In this document: positions 42,754-50,546 of the stretch, piece after piece
How positions within the stretch are numbered: position 1 is the stretch's first letter
Layout of the letters: each line of letters opens with the position of its first letter
Origin: an uncultured Acidobacteriota bacterium
GTDB taxonomy: Bacteria > Acidobacteriota > Vicinamibacteria > Vicinamibacterales > SCN-69-37
Direction: 5' to 3'
Assembly: GCA_963752045.1 (NCBI GenBank)
Contig: CAVVWN010000014.1
Coordinates: 332,033-396,032 of the forward strand
DNA: 64,000 bases
The notes under the pieces: model-generated
Told to the model about the DNA's origin: nothing
Seen by the model: the letters and a program-made list of their open reading frames with translations, nothing else
Database searches by the model: none
Translations under genes and position numbers: made by a program

Positions 42754-43177
42754 ACCTTGGAGCGCATCGAGAGCCGGTGATGAACCATGGAGATCATCGA
42801 GGGCGTGGAGTTGGGCTGGTCGGAAAAGAACCATGGAGGTCATCGAGAAGTGGAGACGGGCCAGTCGGGGAAGAACCATGGAGATCATCGAGGGCGTGGA
42901 GTTCGCCTGCTCGGCAAGGAACCATGGAGGTCATCGAGGGAATGGAGGAACAGCCAGTCGGACGGGACCGCCGGTGGAGTGAAGGGCACCTTGGCCGACG
43001 GGCGCAGCCCGCCGGCCTACGGCCGGCGCGGCTGGGGTCCGGTCGCGGGAGCGAGTCGCTCAGCGCCGGTCCCGGCGACTCGTTCCCGCGATCGGACCGC
43101 AGCCGCAAGGCCAAGGTGCCCATGCATCTGGGTCAGCGGCACGCCGCGGTCCTCCACTTCCTCCATGACTCCACGGT
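42754..43177. repeat. modular palindromic intergenic element, copy 2, with 4.5 tandem 45-nt arm units
   Basis: Tandem units start at 42782, 42828, 42873 and 42919, with a partial unit at 42754. The core compound hairpin is 42985-43120. The inverted right arm ends about 43177. Confidence 0.7.
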
Positions 43178-43191
43178 GAATCAGGAGAGCC

Positions 43192-43986
43192 TCAGAGCAC
43201 GCTTCGGATCGCCCAGAGATCGGGAAACACCGGGTGGTACACGGTCTCGCGCAGGTAACTGACGCCCGGCGAACCGCCGGTGCCTGGCCGATCGCCGATC
43301 GTGCGCTCGACCATCTTGACGTGCCGGTAGCGCCACTCCTGCAGACCCTCGTCGACGTCCGTCAGGCTCTCGAGCAGCAACTGCACGTCGGGATGGGTGG
43401 CATATATCTGCACAAGCTGCGCCTGCAACGCGGGGCTGGCCACGCTCGGCTCGGTGTGCGGTCTGGCGCGAAGGTCAGGTGGGATCGTCACGCCGTGATG
43501 CTCGAGAAAATCGTAGAGGTGCCACTGGATCGACGGCGCCTCGTACCGGCGTTTCAGCCGGGCGTAGCCGGCCGAGTGCGGCTCATGGTGCTTCAGGACG
43601 TTCGCGCGCTTGTGGCCGAGCACGAACTCGAGCTCGCGGAACTGCACGGACTGGAAACCCGACGCCGTGTCCAGACGCGACCGGAAGCTCGCGAACGAGC
43701 TCGGCGTCATCGTCTCCAGAATGTCCACCTGGCCGACGATTGTCTTGAGCACCATGCGCATGCGCTTGATCGTGTGCAACGCGTCATACAGCCGATTGGC
43801 CGACAGATCGGCGTTGACCTTGTCGATCTCGTGCAGGATCACTTTGAACCACAGCTCGTAGACCTGGTGGATGACGATGAAGAGCGTCTCGTCGTGCTCG
43901 GGCGGCTCGGACTCCGGGATCTGCAGGCGCAGCAGGTCGTCCACGTGGAGGTAGCTGCCGTATGTGACGACTTTGCGGTCGGCCAT
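43192..43986 (-). CDS. kynA: tryptophan 2,3-dioxygenase
   Basis: 264 aa with YGSYLHVDDLLRLQ...HDETLFIVIHQVYELWFK...SGFQSVQFRELEF...GTGGS.G..YL. Confidence 0.9.
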   Translation of the reverse strand: MADRKVVTYGSYLHVDDLLRLQIPESEPPEHDETLFIVIHQVYELWFKVILHEIDKVNADLSANRLYDALHTIKRMRMVLKTIVGQVDILETMTPSSFASFRSRLDTASGFQSVQFRELEFVLGHKRANVLKHHEPHSAGYARLKRRYEAPSIQWHLYDFLEHHGVTIPPDLRARPHTEPSVASPALQAQLVQIYATHPDVQLLLESLTDVDEGLQEWRYRHVKMVERTIGDRPGTGGSPGVSYLRETVYHPVFPDLWAIRSVL

Positions 43987-44095
43987 GGGTTGGTGGCGCC
44001 TGGTCCCCTGGGAGCGGGTCTACTCTACAGCGGTTTGGAGTTCCGTGGCGCCGGATCGAGTGGGCGGCGCGTGCGGCAACGACCGGCGCCTGCCG

Positions 44096-44101
44096 TACAA
44101 T
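44096..44101 (+). promoter_or_regulatory. candidate -10 box (TACAAT) giving a leaderless mmsA transcript
   Basis: TACAAT ends 7 nt before ATG 44109 and no SD is present. The -35 element is weak. Confidence 0.3.
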
Positions 44102-44108
44102 CACGCCG

Positions 44109-45570
44109 ATGCCGACCGTGTCACCAGAACGCGTCTTGAACTTCATTGCGGGCCGCCTCGTCCCGTCCTCGGGCGCCGACGCGGTGGATGTCTACAATCC
44201 CGCGCGTGGGCGAGGTGATTGCGCGCACGCCGCTCTCGACGGCCGCCGATGTCGATGCCGCCGTCCAGGCGGCCACGAAGGCCTTTGCCGGCTGGTCGGA
44301 TACCCCGCCCGCCGTGCGGGCCCGCGTGCTTTTCGCGTTCAAGGCGAAGCTCGAAGCGCACTTCGATGAGATCGCCCGGCTCGTCACCACCGAGCACGGC
44401 AAGACGCTCGACGAGTCACGCGGCAGCCTGAGGCGGGGAATCGAATGCGTGGAAGTGGCCTGCGGCGCGCCGTCGCTGCTCATGGGCCATGGCCTCGAGA
44501 ACGTCGCGCCTGGCATCGACTGCACGGTCATGCGCCAGCCGCTCGGCGTCACGGCGGCGGTCGCGCCCTTCAACTTCCCGGCCATGGTGCCGCTCTGGTT
44601 CCTGCCGTTCGCGATCGCGTGCGGGAACACGTTCATCCTGAAGCCGTCCGAGCAGGTACCCCTCACACAGCGGCGCATCGTCGAGCTGCTCGCCGAATGC
44701 GACCTGCCGCCGGGCGTCGTGAACCTGGTGAACGGCGGGCGCGAGGCGACCGAGGCCCTGTGCGACCACCCAGGCATTCGGGCCCTGTCGTTTGTGGGGT
44801 CCACGCCGGTCGCGCGCGCGGTCTACCGGCGGGCGACCGACGCCGGCAAGCGCGTGCAGGCGCTCGGCGGCGCCAAGAACTTCATCGTCGTGCTGCCGGA
44901 CGCCGACCTGGACCGCGCGATTCCGACGATTGCCGAGTCGTTCTACGGCTGCGCTGGCGAGCGGTGCCTGGCCGGCAGCGTGCTCGTGCCGGTTGGCGAG
45001 GCGCGCGACGCGGTGCGGGACCGGATGGTGGCGGCCGCCTCGTCGATTACTGTCGGCGACGGCCTCGAGCCGGGCGTCTCGATGGGCCCGGTCATCAGCG
45101 GCCACCACCGGGATCGCGTGCGCCGGTACATCGACCACGGCGTCACCGAAGGCGCCCGGCTGCTCCTCGACGGCCGCGCGACGCGCGTGGCGGATCGCCC
45201 GCACGGCTTCTTCGTCGGCCCGACCGTCTTCGACGACGTGAACCCGGGCATGCGGATCGGACAGGAAGAGATCTTCGGCCCGGTGGCAGCGATCTCGGCC
45301 GTCGCCGATCTCGACGAAGCCTTCCGGCTAATGGACGCGCATCCGAACGCCAACGCGACGTCGATCTTCACGACGAGCGGACGGGCGGCGCGTGAGTTCG
45401 CGCACCGCGCCACGGCGTCGATGGTCGGCGTGAACATCGGCGTCGCCGCGCCGATGGCCTACTTCCCGTTCGGCGGCGCGCGCGACAGCTTCTTCGGCGA
45501 CCTCAAGGTGCACGGCCGGGACGCGTTCGAGTTCTACACGGACAAGAAGGTGACGATCAGCCGCTGGTAG
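44109..45570 (+). pseudogene. mmsA: methylmalonate-semialdehyde dehydrogenase (CoA-acylating), frame broken by one extra G at 44208-44210 (or a sequencing error)
   Basis: Frame 0 reads MPTVSPERVLNFIAGRLVPSSGADAVDVYNPARG. Frame +1 continues EVIARTPLSTAADVDAAV...FNFPAMVPLWF...ILKPSE...GGAKN...GERC... Joined, they give the canonical MMSDH N-terminus NPA(x)GEV. Confidence 0.85.
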
Positions 45571-45825
45571 GGATCAACCGTGGAGCAGTCGAGGACAATG
45601 GAGGTTTGCGCCGCACGGCACCTTGGCCGAGTGGCGGGTCGTCGGGCGCGGAGACGAGTCGCCGGTGCAGACGACCAGCCTTGTCTCGAGGGCGACTCGT
45701 CTCCGCGCCCGACGGCCCGCCACCGGGCCCGAAGGGACGGCGGGCTACGCCCGTCGGCCAAGGTGCCGCAGACACCATCCAGCAGAGCTCTCCTCCACGA
45801 CTCCACGTTCTCCATGGTTGATCCC
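45570..45825. repeat. modular palindromic intergenic element, copy 3
   Basis: The 16-nt terminal inverted repeats are GGGATCAACCGTGGAG / CTCCATGGTTGATCCC. The core hairpin is 45617-45767, with a 33-bp inner stem at 45631-45663 / 45691-45723. Confidence 0.75.
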
Positions 45826-45851
45826 GAGCATTCGTTTTTGGGAGCTGACCT

Positions 45852-47171
45852 ATGAACTCTGACGACATCGTCCGACTGTCGAAAGCCCACACGATCTTCG
45901 AGTGGAACGCGCAACGCGCCTTCGACCCCATCCCCGTGGCGCGGGCGAAGGGCATCTACTTCTGGACGCCCGACGGCAAGCGGTACATCGACTTCAACAG
46001 CCAGTTGATGTGCGTGAACATCGGCCACGGCGACGAACGGGTGACCGAGGCCATGAAACGCCAGCTCGACGTGCTGCCCTACGCCAACCCGTTCCTCGCG
46101 ACCGAGCCGCGCGCGCGCCTGGGCGCGAAGCTGGCCGAGCTCGCGCCGGGCGACATCGACGTGTTCTTCTTCACCAACGGGGGCGCTGAAGCCAACGAGA
46201 ACGCGATGAAGATCGCGCGCTGGTACACGGGGCGCCAGAAGATCCTGGCCTTCTACCGCTCCTATCACGGGGGCACGGGCGGCGCCATCTCGGCCACCGG
46301 CGACCCCCGCCGATGGCACGAGCCGATGATGCCGGGCATCATCCACGTGCTCAACCCGTACCACGGCCTCGCGCGCGGCTGGGACACGGCCGCCGACGCG
46401 CTCGCCTACCTCGAGGAAGTCATCCAGCTCGAGGGGCCGGAGACGATCGCCGGCTTCCTCCTCGAGCCGATCGTGGGCACCAACGGCATCCTGATTCCGC
46501 CCGACGGCTTTCTCGCCGGCGTTCGCGATCTCTGCGACCGCCACGGCATCCTGATGATTGCCGACGAGGTCATGAGCGGCTTCGGCCGCACCGGCGAGTG
46601 GTTCGCCGTGAACCACTGGAACGTCGTGCCGGACGTGATGACGATGGCCAAGGGCCTGACGAGCGCGTACTTCCCGATGGGCGCGGTCGGCCTGCGGCGC
46701 AAGGTCGCCGACTTCTTCGCCGACCGGGTCTATCGCGGCGGACTGACCTACAACAGTCACCCGCTTGGCTGCGCGACGGCGCTTGCCAACATCGGCGTCA
46801 TCGAGGAAGACGACCTCGTAGGAAACGCGAAGCGCATGGGAGCCGTGCTCGGCACGCGCCTTTCCGACCTCGCCCGGCGGCACCCGTCGGTCGGCGCGGT
46901 CCGGTCCATCGGTCTCTTCGGCCTCGTCGAGCTCGTGAGGAACCGGGACACGCGGGAGCCGATGGCGCCCTTCAACTCGACGTCAGCGGAGATGACGGCC
47001 CTGCAGAGGTTCTTCCGCGACGAGGGTCTGTTCACCTTCTTCCGCTGGCATTCGTTCTTCACGAACCCGCCCCTTTCGATCACCGAAGCGGAGCTCGACG
47101 AGGCGTTCGGGATCATCGACCGGGGATTGACCGGGATCGAAATGGAGACGTCGTCGGGCGACGTTCGCTGA
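45852..47171 (+). CDS. class-III (omega) aminotransferase, beta-alanine/3-aminoisobutyrate-pyruvate type
   Basis: 439 aa with FFTNGGAEANENAMK, ADEVMSGFGRTGEWF and the MTMAKGLTS PLP-lysine region. It is adjacent to mmsA. Confidence 0.9.
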   Translation: MNSDDIVRLSKAHTIFEWNAQRAFDPIPVARAKGIYFWTPDGKRYIDFNSQLMCVNIGHGDERVTEAMKRQLDVLPYANPFLATEPRARLGAKLAELAPGDIDVFFFTNGGAEANENAMKIARWYTGRQKILAFYRSYHGGTGGAISATGDPRRWHEPMMPGIIHVLNPYHGLARGWDTAADALAYLEEVIQLEGPETIAGFLLEPIVGTNGILIPPDGFLAGVRDLCDRHGILMIADEVMSGFGRTGEWFAVNHWNVVPDVMTMAKGLTSAYFPMGAVGLRRKVADFFADRVYRGGLTYNSHPLGCATALANIGVIEEDDLVGNAKRMGAVLGTRLSDLARRHPSVGAVRSIGLFGLVELVRNRDTREPMAPFNSTSAEMTALQRFFRDEGLFTFFRWHSFFTNPPLSITEAELDEAFGIIDRGLTGIEMETSSGDVR

Positions 47172-47182
47172 CGCGGAGCGAC

Positions 47183-48256
47183 TCAGCGGGCGAGCCGGAC
47201 GAGCGCGTCGCCAAGACCGGCGAGGTACACGGGCCCGTCGCCCGGCGTGAGGATCACGCCGGTCAACAGTCCCGGAAGCGGCGACCACATCGCCGGCGAC
47301 AGCAGATCGAGCCTCGGTTCGCCGGCCGCGCCGCGCCGCTGCCACTCGGCCGAGATCCGGTCGTTCTCCGGGCTCCCGGCACGAAACACCGACGTCGCCT
47401 CTTCACTCTGCGGCTCGACGACGACGATCTCGTTGCGGAGCGGCGAGACGACCCACACGCGCCCGGCACTGTCGAGCTCCAGGTTGTCCGGTGTCATGAC
47501 GGTGGCGATGACTCGTCGGTCCGAAAGCTCTCCGGTCGCGATGCCGACATGAAAGGCGTAGACCGTGTCCCGGCCCGTTTCAGCGAGGTACAGGTGTCCC
47601 GTCTCTTCGTCGATGACGAACCCGTTGGCGAAGTACAGCCCGCTCACCATGCGAACCGGTTCGGGCAGCGGTTCGCCGGCAGGCGACGGCGCGATCCGGA
47701 AGAGCGCGCCGTCGGGCACCGGCACGTCCACCGTGGAGAACATCCTGGCCTCCGAATCCGGCCCGGCGTTCTCGGTCGACTGCGTGAACCAGAGCGCCCC
47801 GGTTCGGTCGCGCCGGGCGGCATTCACGCCGAAAGGATGCCGGTAGACGAGCTCGGTTGCCTCACTGGCGATGTTCACCCGGTAGATGGCTCCGGTGAAG
47901 ACATCCGCCACGAGCAGGTGCGCGCCGTCGGGCTCGAGCGAGACGCCGTTCGGGCCGCCCGCCCGGGCCGGCGGCTCGTGCACGTAGCCCGCCTCGGCCA
48001 TCTTCCCGAACGGACGACTCGACCCGTCCGCGGCGATCTCGCGCAGCCCGTGCACCTGGTCGGCCACTATCAGGCGGCCGTCCGGGAGCGCCACCCCGTC
48101 TTCCGGCCGCACGAGTCCGCGCTCGGCTGGAAAGATCGTGCCGTCGTCGAACGACCAGGACGGAAGGGGTCCCCCGGTGCGTTCGGACGCGGGAGCGCAG
48201 GCCCCCACCGCGACGATGAGGACGACCACGAACGGCAACGAGCGCATGGCATTCAC
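47183..48256 (-). CDS. SMP-30/gluconolactonase/LRE family beta-propeller lipoprotein
   Basis: 357 aa with a signal/lipobox (AVGAC). Motifs include PDGRLIVAD, PNGVSLEPDG and repeated propeller blades. Confidence 0.85.
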   Translation of the reverse strand: MNAMRSLPFVVVLIVAVGACAPASERTGGPLPSWSFDDGTIFPAERGLVRPEDGVALPDGRLIVADQVHGLREIAADGSSRPFGKMAEAGYVHEPPARAGGPNGVSLEPDGAHLLVADVFTGAIYRVNIASEATELVYRHPFGVNAARRDRTGALWFTQSTENAGPDSEARMFSTVDVPVPDGALFRIAPSPAGEPLPEPVRMVSGLYFANGFVIDEETGHLYLAETGRDTVYAFHVGIATGELSDRRVIATVMTPDNLELDSAGRVWVVSPLRNEIVVVEPQSEEATSVFRAGSPENDRISAEWQRRGAAGEPRLDLLSPAMWSPLPGLLTGVILTPGDGPVYLAGLGDALVRLAR

Positions 48257-48292
48257 CTCGGACAGCAGCTTGCCACAGGTTGCGAAGCGCGA

Positions 48293-49351
48293 CTACCCAC
48301 CGGAACCGTCGCTCGGATCTCCGTACGCCATCGCGAAGATGTCCCACGACGTCTGAAACAAGCCGGCCAGGATCGGACCGATGATGAAGCCGACCGGCCC
48401 GAACGCGATGATGCCGCCAAGCGTCGAGAACAGGATCACGAGCTCGTGCATCTGCGTATCGCGGCCCACGAGCCTGGGCCGCAGGACGTTGTCTACCGAG
48501 CCGACGACCAGAGCGCAGAAGACGGCGAGCAGCGCTCCCGTCCAGACATGCCCTGTCGCAATCAGGATGATGCATGCCGGCACCCAGATGAGCGCCGACC
48601 CGATGACGGGAAGCACGGAGAGCACGACCATGACGGCAGTCCAGAACAGCACCTGGGGAATGCCGGCGACCCAGAACGCCAGCCCCGCGAGCGTGCCCTG
48701 GACGAAACCGATGACGAGCGTGCCCTTCACCGTCGCGCGCGTGATGGACATGAACCGCTCCTTCATCTGACTCGTCTCGTCGTCGCTCAGCGGCAGTCTG
48801 GCCAGAATGGCGTCGCGCATGCCGGGACCGTCGATGAGCAGAAAGAACAGCGTGTAGAGAAAGAGGAAGAAGTGAAAGACGAATGTCGCCGTTCCGCGTG
48901 TTGTCTCCGAGAGCGAGCTGACGAGAAACCCGCCGACGGCGCCGACGAGCTCACCTGCCCGCGTGACGATCTCGCCCTTATAGGGCTCGAGCACGGCGTA
49001 ACCCGGAAGGCCGCGCAGCACCTGGTCGAGGTAGGTCGGCTCGTTGACCAGCCGCTCGACCACCGGCCGGACGTTCGTCGTGACACCGACAGCCTGGTTG
49101 ACGATGATGCCAAGTATCGTGAGAACCGGGCCGAAGACGACCAGGAGCAGCACGACGAGCGTCGCGAGCGACGCCAGCGTCTTCCGGCCCCGAAAGAGCC
49201 GGACGAGCCGCGCGTACACCGGATAGGTCAGGCCGGCGAAGATCGTGGCCACCAGGATCGTCATGAGGAACGACCTGATGATCGCGCCGAACGCCGCCGT
49301 GACGGCGACGACCATGACGACGAGGAACGCCTTTCGGAATCGCTGGTTCAT
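48293..49351 (-). CDS. AI-2E family transporter (PerM-like)
   Basis: 352 aa, multi-TM, with family-typical C-terminal half VVLSVLPVIGSALIWVP...LRPRLVG. Confidence 0.9.
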   Translation of the reverse strand: MNQRFRKAFLVVMVVAVTAAFGAIIRSFLMTILVATIFAGLTYPVYARLVRLFRGRKTLASLATLVVLLLVVFGPVLTILGIIVNQAVGVTTNVRPVVERLVNEPTYLDQVLRGLPGYAVLEPYKGEIVTRAGELVGAVGGFLVSSLSETTRGTATFVFHFFLFLYTLFFLLIDGPGMRDAILARLPLSDDETSQMKERFMSITRATVKGTLVIGFVQGTLAGLAFWVAGIPQVLFWTAVMVVLSVLPVIGSALIWVPACIILIATGHVWTGALLAVFCALVVGSVDNVLRPRLVGRDTQMHELVILFSTLGGIIAFGPVGFIIGPILAGLFQTSWDIFAMAYGDPSDGSGG

Positions 49352-49481
49352 CGTGGCCTCATCGGGTGAGATGATGGCCGCGACCGCCGTGACGGGTCAA
49401 ACCGCCCGGCCGCTTCGGTATACTCGCCTCCAGCCGGCGGCCGCCCCACGAGGCCGCATCACCGCAGAAGGGACCGCACAG

Positions 49482-50057
49482 TTGGCCAGTCTGATTGAAG
49501 CCATTGCCATCAAGCGCAAGACCTATTTCGAGTTCGAAAACGCGCCGTACGTGTGCCTCGACGTCGAGGTGTCGAAGCCCACGGCCCGGGGCGGACAGAC
49601 GCTCGTGCGCGTGAAGATGCGCAACCTCATCACGCGCGCCGTCTTCGACAAGACCTTCAAGGCCGCCGAGAAATTCGCCGAGCCGGACCTGATGAAAGTG
49701 GAAGCCTCCTACCTCTATGCGGACGCCACCGGCTGTCATTTCCTGGACCAGGGCACGTTCGACACACTCACCTTGACCGACGATACGCTCGGCGAGGACC
49801 GGCTGCTCCTCACGGACAATCTCGTGGTGCAGGTGCTCAAGTACAACGGACAGCCCATCGCCATCCAACTGCCGCCCCACGTGGAGCTCACCGTGGCCGC
49901 CACCGAACCGGGCGTCCGCGGCGATACCGCCAGCGGCGGCGTGACCAAGCCGGCCACGCTGGAAACCGGCCTCGAGATCCGCGTGCCACTCTTCATCAAG
50001 GAAGGCGAGAAGGTGAAGGTGCACACCGAGACGCGGGAGTTCGCGGGAAGAGCTTGA
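49482..50057 (+). CDS. efpL: elongation factor P-like protein (YeiP/EfpL type)
   Basis: The only plausible start is TTG 49482, giving 191 aa. KPTARGGQTLVRVKMRN and the C-terminus KVKVHTETREFAGRA parallel E. coli YeiP as I remember it (SPTARGAATLYKMRF ... RIHIEERRYMGRAD). Confidence 0.8.
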   Translation: MASLIEAIAIKRKTYFEFENAPYVCLDVEVSKPTARGGQTLVRVKMRNLITRAVFDKTFKAAEKFAEPDLMKVEASYLYADATGCHFLDQGTFDTLTLTDDTLGEDRLLLTDNLVVQVLKYNGQPIAIQLPPHVELTVAATEPGVRGDTASGGVTKPATLETGLEIRVPLFIKEGEKVKVHTETREFAGRA

Positions 50058-50150
50058 GCGGGGGATCGACTCGCCGGCCTCGGTGACAGCAGTCGCAATC
50101 CCTCGAGCATCGACGCCGCCCGATTCCGGGTCACCGGGGAACCGGACCAA

Positions 50151-50171
50151 CTATTCCATCGTATGGAATAG
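50151..50171. promoter_or_regulatory. perfect palindrome immediately upstream of the PadR start (candidate operator)
   Basis: CTATTCCAT-cgt-ATGGAATAG has 9-bp arms and ends 3 nt before ATG 50175. Confidence 0.4.
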
Positions 50172-50174
50172 CTG

Positions 50175-50546
50175 ATGCCGCCCGACCTTCGCGCCTTCCT
50201 GCCACTTCCAGCTCATGACTTTCACATCCTGCTGTCGGTCTTCGAGAGTCCGCTCCACGGGTACGCGATCATCCGGGACATCGAGACTCGAACGGCTGGC
50301 GAGACCCGGCTCGGTACGAGCACGCTCTATGCCGCCCTCAAGCGCCTCGGACGTGACGATTTGATTGGGGAGGTCGCGCGGCCTTCGACCGAGCCGTCCG
50401 GCGACGAACGCCGACGGTACTTTCAGGCGACGCCGCTTGGCCGGGCGGTTGCCGGAGCCGAAGCGCGTCGGATCGAACGGCTTCACGCGCTGGCGACCGA
50501 TGCCCGCCTCGTGGGAAGTCCGGCACCGTCACGGAGCCGACGCTGA
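50175..50546 (+). CDS. PadR family transcriptional regulator
   Basis: 123 aa with HILLSVFESPLHGYAIIRDIE...GTSTLYAALKRL...RRRYFQATPLG. Confidence 0.85.
   Translation: MPPDLRAFLPLPAHDFHILLSVFESPLHGYAIIRDIETRTAGETRLGTSTLYAALKRLGRDDLIGEVARPSTEPSGDERRRYFQATPLGRAVAGAEARRIERLHALATDARLVGSPAPSRSRR

Noticed and set aside
42782-42964. Regularly spaced 45-nt repeats that look superficially like a CRISPR array
   Set aside because: The conserved part is about 28 nt and the 'spacers' are only about 17 nt. Those spacers are themselves related to each other (GCCAGTCGG-like). There are only four units and no cas genes. The units are the amplified arm of the palindromic element.
42669-43262. Track ORFs inside the palindromic elements, such as 42787-43179 (MEIIEGVELGW...) and 45580-45862
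   Set aside because: Their peptide repeats simply mirror the DNA repeats. They are open in several frames and on both strands, have no coding bias, and have no plausible fold.
46313-49369. 1018-aa + strand ORF spanning three genes
   Set aside because: It runs out of frame through the aminotransferase and antisense through the SMP-30 and AI-2E genes. Its composition is low-complexity Arg/Asp/Gly/His, so it is not a real gene.
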